This document shows, one piece after another, positions 1-7,800 of a DNA stretch of 11,311 bases; position 1 is the first letter of the stretch; every line of letters starts with the position of its first letter. Under the pieces are notes generated by a model that was not told where the DNA came from, did no database searches, and saw only the letters and a program-made list of their open reading frames with translations. Made by a program: the position numbers and the translations under genes. Source of the stretch: a bacterium (GTDB taxonomy: Bacteria > Fidelibacterota > Marinisomatia > Marinisomatales > UBA1611); contig JAYPIC010000055.1 in the NCBI GenBank assembly GCA_038127595.1, positions 1 to 11,311 of the forward strand, read 5' to 3'.

Positions 1-428
1 ACATGGATCTTACGCCTGGCACTAGGATAAGAGATATTAAATTGGATAAAATTTTCATAGGTTCTTGTACTAACTCAAGAATAGAAGATCTTAGAGCTGC
101 AGCAGCAGTTTTAGAAAATAAAAAAATAAGCCCATCAATTAAGCTTGCTATGGTTGTACCTGGTTCTGGGCCAATTAAAAGGCAGGCTGAGAGTGAGGGT
201 TTACATGATATATTCTTAAATGCTGGTTTTGAATGGAGAGAACCTGGCTGTTCCATGTGCCTTGCAATGAACGCCGATAGGCTTGAACCTGGTGAGCGGT
301 GCGCCTCCACATCTAATAGGAATTTTGAAGGAAGGCAAGGGCAGGGTGGACGCACACACCTAGTAAGTCCAGCTATGGCTGCAGCTGCTTCCATTGCTGG
401 TCATTTCACAGATATTGAAAGTGTCTAA
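1..428 (+). CDS. leuC: 3-isopropylmalate dehydratase large subunit (5'-truncated by the window; C-terminal ~141 aa only)
   Basis: Aconitase-family motifs [25 protein letters not shown] (together the three [4Fe-4S] Cys ligands), [12 protein letters not shown] and [11 protein letters not shown]. The ATG at 3 is internal. The stop overlaps the leuD start (TAATG, 426-430). Confidence 0.97.
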   Translation, partial: MDLTPGTRIRDIKLDKIFIGSCTNSRIEDLRAAAAVLENKKISPSIKLAMVVPGSGPIKRQAESEGLHDIFLNAGFEWREPGCSMCLAMNADRLEPGERCASTSNRNFEGRQGQGGRTHLVSPAMAAAASIAGHFTDIESV

Positions 429-1063
429 TGGATAAGTTTAAAACATTTTCTGGTATCGTAGCTCCACTAGATAAAAATAATATAGATACTGATGCTATCA
501 TCCCAAAGCAATACCTTAAATCAATATCACGCACTGGGTTTGGGGTTAACCTATTTGATGAGTGGAGATATATTGAATACGGTGAGCCTGGAGATGATCA
601 TTCTAAAAGACAAAAAAACAACGACTTTGTATTAAATAAAAAACCTTATGATACAGCGTCTATATTATTAACAGGAAAAAACTTTGGTTGCGGTTCAAGT
701 AGGGAACATGCGGCTTGGGCCATAAAGGATTTTGGTATTAAAACTATTTTAGCTGAAAGTTTTGCTGATATATTTTACAATAATTGCTTCAAAAACGGAA
801 TTCTGCCTATTGTTCTAAATAAGGATATAATAAAATCTTTATTTAGAAAGTGCGATGAGGATGATAAATTTGCTCTTAAAATTAATCTAGATAATCAGAT
901 TATATCTGGTTCTGATATCGAGGACCTATCCTTTGATATTGATCCTTATAGAAAGAAAGCTTTATTAAAAGGATTAGACGAAATAGGACAGACTCTTGAG
1001 GACATAGATCTTATTAGTGATTTTGAGCAAAAACACAAAAAAACATTTCCATGGTTATTTTAG
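428..1063 (+). CDS. leuD: 3-isopropylmalate dehydratase small subunit
   Basis: NIDTDAIIPKQYL, NFGCGSSREHAAWA, SFADIFYNNCFKNG and GLDEIG motifs; stop/start overlap with leuC. Confidence 0.97.
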   Translation: MDKFKTFSGIVAPLDKNNIDTDAIIPKQYLKSISRTGFGVNLFDEWRYIEYGEPGDDHSKRQKNNDFVLNKKPYDTASILLTGKNFGCGSSREHAAWAIKDFGIKTILAESFADIFYNNCFKNGILPIVLNKDIIKSLFRKCDEDDKFALKINLDNQIISGSDIEDLSFDIDPYRKKALLKGLDEIGQTLEDIDLISDFEQKHKKTFPWLF

Positions 1064-1077
1064 ATAAAGGCTTATAA

Positions 1078-2685
1078 ATGAGTAATAAAAAAATAGAATT
1101 GTTTGATACTACTCTCAGAGATGGAACACAAGGTGAAGGTGTAAATCTATCTGTAGAAGATAAGATAAGACTAGCTAAGCGTCTAGATGAATTTGGAATA
1201 AATATAATTGAAGGAGGGTGGCCTGGAAGCAACCCAAGGGATAAGGAGTTTTTTAAAAAAATTAGCTCTGTCAATTTAAATCAGGCTGAGGTATGTGCTT
1301 TTGGTTCAACTGCTAGAAAATTATCTAATATCGAAAATGATCCAAATCTAAAAGCTCTCCTAGAAACTGAAGTAAAAACTCTGACAATATTTGGTAAAAC
1401 CTGGCAACTCCATTCGAAACATGGTCTTGGCATATCCGATATTGATAATGCTAAATTAATAGAACAGTCCGTATCATTCTTGTCTAGAAATGGCGTTCGC
1501 GTAATTTTTGATGCAGAGCACTTCTTTGATGGATATCTACAATCTGAAGCATTTGCTCTAGATATGTTAGATGCTGCAGTGAATGGTGGTGCAGATACAT
1601 TAGTTTTATGTGATACGAACGGAGGTTCACTACCAAACTACGTTTATGATACAACCAAAAAAATTGTGGACAGATATAAACAACCAATAGGTGTTCATTG
1701 TCACAATGATAGTGGACTTGCAGCCGCAAATACTTTAATGGCAGTATCTGCTGGCGCTCTACATGTACAAGGTACAATTAATGGCGTTGGTGAGAGGTGT
1801 GGAAATGTTAGTCTCGCTACTGTATTGCCAAATCTTGTGCTAAAAATGAAAAAAGAGACTAAAACTAAACTCAACCTTACTGATCTATCAAGCCTCGTAA
1901 AATTCACATATGACATTATGAATATGCATCCTGATACTCAGGCTCCATTCATTGGAAAATCAGCTTTTGCCCATAAGGGCGGTATTCATGTTAGTGCAGT
2001 TATGAAAGATAGTAATATGTACGAGCATATTGACCCTAAACTAGTTGGCAATAAGCAACGTGTATTGGTTTCCGATCTTTCTGGTAAGAGCAATATTAGC
2101 TTCAAGGCTAATGAGCTTGACATTAAATACAAAGATTCAAAAGAAATAACTGGTAAATTGGTATCAAAAGTAAAAGATCTCGAGTTCGAAGGATATCAGT
2201 TTGAAGCGGCAGATGCTTCACTCGAATTAATACTTAGAGAATTATCTGGTGAATATAGTCCTTTCTTTAAGGTATTAGATTCGAAAGTACATATATCTTA
2301 TGATGAAAGCGGAACTGAAAAAGCAGATGCCACACTTAAAGTATTGGTAGGTGATGATATTGAGCATACAGCCTCTGATGGAGATGGACCAGTAGATGCT
2401 CTAAATAATGCATTACGGAAGGCCTTAGCTATGTTCTTTCCAGAACTGAAAGATGTTAGACTCACAGATTATAAAGTTCGAGTTCTAAATGAGCAAGAGG
2501 GCACTGGTGCTAAAGTAAGAGTTTTAATCGAAAGCGCATATGAAGATGATTCATGGTCAACAATCGGTGTCTCAAAAAATATTATAGAAGCTAGTCGTCA
2601 GGCGCTAAGTGATAGCTTTAATTATCGATTAGCAAAATTGTCGAAGTGGAAAATAAATAATAAAAAATCACTTAAAATTAGCTAA
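1078..2685 (+). CDS. cimA: Citramalate synthase (DRE-TIM metallolyase, LeuA/CimA family, with C-terminal regulatory domain)
   Basis: DTTLRDGTQGEG, IEGGWPGSNPRD, FDAEHFFDGY, LCDTNGG, HCHND, GERCGN, AFAHKGGIH, VSDLSGKSN and WSTIGVSKNIIEAS. The GGWPGSNP and DAEHFFDG blocks are typical of the bacterial citramalate synthase subfamily rather than canonical LeuA. Weak AAGG upstream. Confidence 0.88.
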   Translation: MSNKKIELFDTTLRDGTQGEGVNLSVEDKIRLAKRLDEFGINIIEGGWPGSNPRDKEFFKKISSVNLNQAEVCAFGSTARKLSNIENDPNLKALLETEVKTLTIFGKTWQLHSKHGLGISDIDNAKLIEQSVSFLSRNGVRVIFDAEHFFDGYLQSEAFALDMLDAAVNGGADTLVLCDTNGGSLPNYVYDTTKKIVDRYKQPIGVHCHNDSGLAAANTLMAVSAGALHVQGTINGVGERCGNVSLATVLPNLVLKMKKETKTKLNLTDLSSLVKFTYDIMNMHPDTQAPFIGKSAFAHKGGIHVSAVMKDSNMYEHIDPKLVGNKQRVLVSDLSGKSNISFKANELDIKYKDSKEITGKLVSKVKDLEFEGYQFEAADASLELILRELSGEYSPFFKVLDSKVHISYDESGTEKADATLKVLVGDDIEHTASDGDGPVDALNNALRKALAMFFPELKDVRLTDYKVRVLNEQEGTGAKVRVLIESAYEDDSWSTIGVSKNIIEASRQALSDSFNYRLAKLSKWKINNKKSLKIS

Positions 2686-2725
2686 AACCCTCATTCACTA
2701 TAAAGAACGATAAATCTAAAACTAG

Positions 2726-2747
2726 GTTTCCTCTTTCCAAGGAAGAC
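2726..2747. terminator. Weak hairpin between convergent cimA and ABC-F genes; possible terminator
   Basis: GTTTCCT-(7 nt loop)-AGGAA(G)AC stem with one bulge, followed by CTAGTTTT on the minus strand. No strong U-tract. Confidence 0.25.
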
Positions 2748-2854
2748 GGTCAGCTAGAAAAACTTGAAGAAAACAGAATTAACAATAATGATATTAATGA
2801 TGGGCTTTTCAACAAAGATGTTAACCACCCATCCGAAAGAGGATCTGATTAGAA

Positions 2855-4450
2855 CTATACTACTTCGTTGATTAGGTTCCTGTAGCCTTCGTATCCGCCG
2901 CTATGTTCTATTACCTTTTCTTTTTTTACTTCAATAAGTCTTGTAGATAAAGAAGAAATAAATTCTCTATCATGACTAACGAAAATTACCGTGCCTTCAA
3001 ATATATCAAGTGCGTGATTAAGAGCTTCTATTGATTCCATATCTAAATGATTTGTAGGCTCATCTAAAATGATGACATTTGCTCTTTGTAGTATGATTTT
3101 TCCAAATAGCATTCTACGTTGTTCTCCGCCAGACAATACACTTACGGGTTTATTTATATCATCCTGAGAGAATAGTAATCTTCCAAGAGTACCTCTAATA
3201 GTCTCCAGGTCGTCTTCTTTGTGACTGTACTTAGCCATCCAGTCCATTAATGTCGTATCTGATTTAAAATCATCACCATGATTTTGGGCAAAATAGCCAA
3301 TTGAGCAATTATCTGACCATTTAATTGTACCATTATCAGCAAAATTATCTTCAATCAAACACTTTACTAGCGTGGTTTTTCCAATACCATTTTCGCCAAT
3401 TATTCCAATTCTATCACCAGAATTAATAGTCATATTGAATTTATTAATAACGTCTAGATCTTCATATGATTTTGAAATATTTTCAATTTCTACAACCTTA
3501 TTATGAACCTTTTTTTCTTGTTTGAATATAATAAATGGATAGACGCGAATTGATGCTTTAACATTTTCAAGTTTGATCTTATTTATTTGATTTGCCCTTG
3601 ATGTAGCTTGTTTAGCCTTAGATGCATTTGCAGAAAATCTACTTACAAAAGATTGTAATTCCTTTATTTTGGCTTCTTTTTTCGCATTTTCATTTAGAAC
3701 AGTTTCTCTTGCAAGGGTAGAGGCTATCATGAAGTCATCATAATTACCATTGTATAACCTGATTTCACCATAATCGAGATCTGCCATATGAGTACACACG
3801 CTGTTTAAAAATCTCCTATCATGTGATATAATGATCATCATACAATCTTTATACTTTAATGTGTTTTCAAGCCAACGAATAGTATTTATATCTAGATTGT
3901 TTGTAGGCTCATCAAGTAGCAGAATTCCAGGGTCTCCAAATAAAGCCTGCGCTAGTAGGACTCTTAATTTTAATCCTGGAGCTATAGAACTCATTGGTTT
4001 TTCATGGTCCTCCAAGGGTATTCCTAGTCCAAGAAGCAGTTCCTCAGCATTAGACTCTGACATGTAACCATCCATATCGCCAAACTCAATTTCTAATTCG
4101 GCAACTTTCATACCTTCCTCTTCAGTCATTTCTGGAAGAGAGTATAACCTTTCACGCTCATTTTTAATTTCCCAAAGAGTGTTATGTCCCATTATGACAC
4201 AGTCTATTACTTTTATATCTTCATAGGCAAATTGATCTTGATTAAGCTTTGATACTCGTTTGTTTTTATCAATGGATACTGTGCCAGAAGTAGGATCTAG
4301 TTCACCTGTTAAAATCTTCATGAAAGTAGATTTTCCTGAGCCGTTAGCACCAATTAAACCGTATCTATTCTTATCCGAAAACTTTACGGATATACTTTCA
4401 AAAAGAGGTTTTGAACCAAACTGCATTGAAATATTAGAGGTTGTTATCAT
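2855..4450 (-). CDS. ybiT: ABC-F family ATPase (YbiT subfamily, ribosome-associated translation factor)
   Basis: Two ABC domains without TM segments: GANGSGKST / [16 protein letters not shown] / [11 protein letters not shown] and GENGIGKTT / LSGGEQRR / [10 protein letters not shown]. Linker [19 protein letters not shown]-terminus [17 protein letters not shown] matches the YbiT type. Confidence 0.9.
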   Translation of the reverse strand: MITTSNISMQFGSKPLFESISVKFSDKNRYGLIGANGSGKSTFMKILTGELDPTSGTVSIDKNKRVSKLNQDQFAYEDIKVIDCVIMGHNTLWEIKNERERLYSLPEMTEEEGMKVAELEIEFGDMDGYMSESNAEELLLGLGIPLEDHEKPMSSIAPGLKLRVLLAQALFGDPGILLLDEPTNNLDINTIRWLENTLKYKDCMMIIISHDRRFLNSVCTHMADLDYGEIRLYNGNYDDFMIASTLARETVLNENAKKEAKIKELQSFVSRFSANASKAKQATSRANQINKIKLENVKASIRVYPFIIFKQEKKVHNKVVEIENISKSYEDLDVINKFNMTINSGDRIGIIGENGIGKTTLVKCLIEDNFADNGTIKWSDNCSIGYFAQNHGDDFKSDTTLMDWMAKYSHKEDDLETIRGTLGRLLFSQDDINKPVSVLSGGEQRRMLFGKIILQRANVIILDEPTNHLDMESIEALNHALDIFEGTVIFVSHDREFISSLSTRLIEVKKEKVIEHSGGYEGYRNLINEVV

Positions 4451-4509
4451 TTTATATCTATTTATCTATTTGCGTTAGAATTAATTGCTTTTTAAAGCGA
4501 GGAGTTTAA

Positions 4510-4518
4510 TAATAACAA
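4510..4518 (-). promoter_or_regulatory. Candidate extended -10 element for ybiT
   Basis: Minus strand reads TG-T-TATTAT about 60 nt upstream of the ybiT ATG. AT-rich context makes chance matches likely. Confidence 0.25.
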
Positions 4519-4738
4519 TATCCTGATTAAATAAAGATTTTGAAAATTATCAAAATTTGTGAAAAACCCTCACTTCATTGATAAAAAATGATTTTATTTA
4601 ACCAGTCTCATTTTCGCAATTACATTTGAATAATATTTATTTTTTAACCTTTTAATGCACAAAGTGTCTTATATCAATGAAAGTTTAAAACTTTAATCTA
4701 GTTTCAGTACAAGAATGATAGTAATATTTTTATCATCT

Positions 4739-4756
4739 TCTTAACAAAGGTTAAGA
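4739..4756. promoter_or_regulatory. Perfect 7-4-7 inverted repeat, candidate operator upstream of the GH81 gene
   Basis: TCTTAAC-AAAG-GTTAAGA; its right arm overlaps the candidate -35 hexamer. Confidence 0.4.
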
Positions 4757-4779
4757 TTAAACTTTATAAACATTATAAA
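4751..4779 (+). promoter_or_regulatory. Candidate sigma70-type promoter for the GH81 gene
   Basis: TTAAGA (4751-4756) - 17 nt - TATAAA (4774-4779), 25 nt before the ATG at 4805. Confidence 0.35.
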
Positions 4780-4804
4780 TCATCAGAAATATTTAACTTA
4801 TCAT

Positions 4805-7800
4805 ATGAAAAATTTAATTACTTACATCCTTTTATTTTTAACTACAGCCACTTCTCAGATTATTCAGGTTGGTTCTGGTAGTTACACAACTTCTTTTCCA
4901 GGAACAGATGCAGCAGGTAGAAATGGATATCCATCAGGACAACCTCAAACAACTGGTCCAGCTGCTCAAAAACATGCCCCGACAAACGATTGGTGGAGCT
5001 ACGTAATCAAAAATGATCATGCCAGTAATCTTTTTAATTACCCTCTGGCATTAAAGACTGTCAACACTGGTTTGGTGACTAGTTATATTCCTTGGGGCGT
5101 ATATGATGACCAAGAGCCAATTATTGTAAGTTTAACTGGTCTTAATACGTCTAAAGCAAAAGTGTACGATTTTACTGATTGGACAGTAACTCTTGATTGG
5201 ACAGATTCAAACAATTCACTCAAAGCAACAGTAGGTATTGGAATGCCATTTGTTTATTTCACAAAAGATGATGCTTCTACAGTTGAAATTGAAATTAACC
5301 TAGGGCAAGTTTCTGTGAGTGGGGAAAAAATAATTGTTGAGAATGCTAGAAATGGTGCTGATTTTGTTATCTATGGACCAACTGGTAGCACTTGGCAAGT
5401 TTCAGGGAATAAATACACATCTAGTCTAAATGGAAGCAACTATTGGTCTTTAGTTATGTTACCGCAAAATACTAATAACATAAACGCAGTTGCTAATGAT
5501 TTACAAAAATATGCTTATGTGTTCCCACAAAATACTTCTGTGGAATGGTACTATAATGAAAATAATTCTTACATGTACACTGATTATCTGATAGAAGTTG
5601 ATGTAAAAGAAGGGGTATACAGTAATGTTTTGCAAGGTTTACTACCTCATCAATGGAATAACCTATCAGATGAATCAGCATATCCAGACGAATACACTTA
5701 CAATAGTGTTCGAGGTGAATTAAAAATGTTAGATGGCAATAATTTTAGCACAAAAAATATTTTTACTGGTATCCTTCCGACACTTCCTTCTCTAGGTCAA
5801 TACAGTCAGACCTATAATCCAGCTGAGTTGCAGAATAAAATATCTCAAATAGAAAACAACCAATTGGCCACCTGGACAGATTCCTATAATGAGGGTCAGG
5901 TTATGAATAGGTTAATACAAACCGGAAGAATTGCCCATGAAATTGGTAATTCTGAAGCGCGGGATTTAATCATAGAAACTGTCAAGGAAAGATTGGAAGA
6001 CTGGTTAACAGCCTCAACGCCTGAAGTAGCATTCATTTTTTATTATAATACTAATTGGTCTACTTTAATAGGCTACCCCGCTGGGCATGGGCAAGATAAT
6101 AATATCAATGATCATCACTTTCATTGGGGCTACTTCATTCATGCAGCCGCTTTTATCGAACAATTTCTACCTGGGTGGGCAAATGATTGGGGGGAAATGG
6201 TAAACCATCTTGTTCGCGATGCTGCTTCTCCAAACAGAAATGACCCCGATTATCCTTTCCTTAGAAGTTTTAGTCCTTTTGCGGGGCACTGTTGGGCAAA
6301 TGGCTTTGCTACATTTCCACAAGGAAATGACCAAGAGTCTACCTCAGAGAGTATGCAGTTTAATTCTGCTTTAATACATTGGGGGAGTGTAACAGGAAAT
6401 GATGAAATTAGAGATCTTGGTATATACTTGTACACTACAGAGCGTACTGCAATTGATGAGTACTGGTTTGATATGTACGATAGGAATTTTTCTGATAATC
6501 AGCAATATAGCTTAGTATCTAGAGTATGGGGAAATTCTTACGATAATGGTACATTTTGGACTAATGATATAGCAGCATCTTACGGTATCGAAATGTATCC
6601 CATTCATGGTGGGTCTTTTTATTTAGCTCACAACCTAGATTATTCTACCGCACTATGGAATGAGATAACAAGCAATACTGGTATCTTAAATAACGAAGTT
6701 AATCCAAACCTTTGGCATGATGTATATTGGAAGTATTTATCATTTATTGATGCTTCTGCCGCAATAGAATTATACAATTCAAATCCCAACAGAATTCTAA
6801 AATTCGGTATATCCGATGCACATACATACTACTGGCTACATTCCATGAACTCTATTGGCCAGTACAGGTCTAATGTAACGGCAGATTGGCCAATAGCAGC
6901 TAGTTTTGATAATTTAGGTCAAATAACATACGTAGCGCATAATTATACAAATGAAGAGATGATCGTTACCTTTTCTGATGGGTTTCAGTTGACAGTTCCT
7001 GCTGGTGAAATGAGCACTAATAGAGGCGAGTCAATTACAGGTACTATTCAAACAGATTTCAACCAGGCTTATATAAACGGTAGTATTACCATTAATTTTT
7101 TTTCAGATAACAATAGTATTTCTCGTGTGGAGTTTTATGACAATTCAGATCTCATTGGAGAAGTATCAAGTCCACCATTTCAATTCACAGCAACAAATCT
7201 GGGACTAGGAATTCATAACATATATGCCAAAATATATTCGGGATCAGAATTTGGATTAAGCAATTTTATTACTGTAACAGTCGGCGAACAATTAGCATAC
7301 AATAATTCAATGAATGTTCTACCAGGTGTGATTGAATCAGGCAAATATGACTACTTTGAAGGTGGTTTAGGTCAAAATATTACCTATTTTGACAACTCCC
7401 TTAACAATGAAGGAACATTTAGAACGGATGAATATGTGGATGTAGAATATTTTGGTAATACCGAAGGTCCTACCTTAGGCTGGATAGAAGCTGGTGAATG
7501 GATCGAATACTCTGTAAATGTCCAAACAGCAGGGTACTATGACCTACAATACAGATACGCATCTGATTTAGCAGGTGGAGGAGGACCATTTCATTTTGAA
7601 ATAAATGGACAAGTCATAAGCGATAATATTTATGCTGGAAACACAGGTGACTGGTATAACTGGCTAAGCGGGAATGCAGGAAATATTGAATTAAATGCTG
7701 GCGAGCATGTACTTCGCTTAGTATTCACAGATGGTGGATTTAATCTTGGTAGATTAAATTTTACTTTCAATAGAGAGTTAGATTATAATCCCCCAATATC

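Noticed and set aside
1014..1916. Minus-strand ORFs 1014-1274, 1484-1777 and 1701-1916
   Set aside because: Antisense shadows of well-supported leuD and cimA, with no recognisable motifs.
2831..2852. Hammerhead-like words (CGAAA, CTGATTA)
   Set aside because: The core CUGANGA is not matched and the required three stems cannot be built.
2855..4450. ABC-F as an antibiotic-resistance (ARE) ribosome-protection gene
   Set aside because: The sequence matches the housekeeping YbiT type, and no leader peptide or attenuator was seen upstream.
4456..4471. Tandem ATCTATTT x2 just upstream of ybiT
   Set aside because: Only two copies of an AT-rich 8-mer, expected by chance.
3831..4478. Plus-strand ORFs 3831-4067 and 4260-4478
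   Set aside because: Antisense shadows of ybiT.
4499..4504. GAGGAG Shine-Dalgarno-like word on the plus strand
   Set aside because: No ATG/GTG/TTG start follows at a suitable distance.
4558..4574. CRP site TGTGA...TCACT
   Set aside because: The spacer is 7 nt rather than the canonical 6; kept only as one of the palindromes.
4714..4736. Fur box-like AATGATAGTAAT...TATCAT
   Set aside because: The spacing does not fit the 7-1-7 Fur consensus and there are no iron-related genes nearby.
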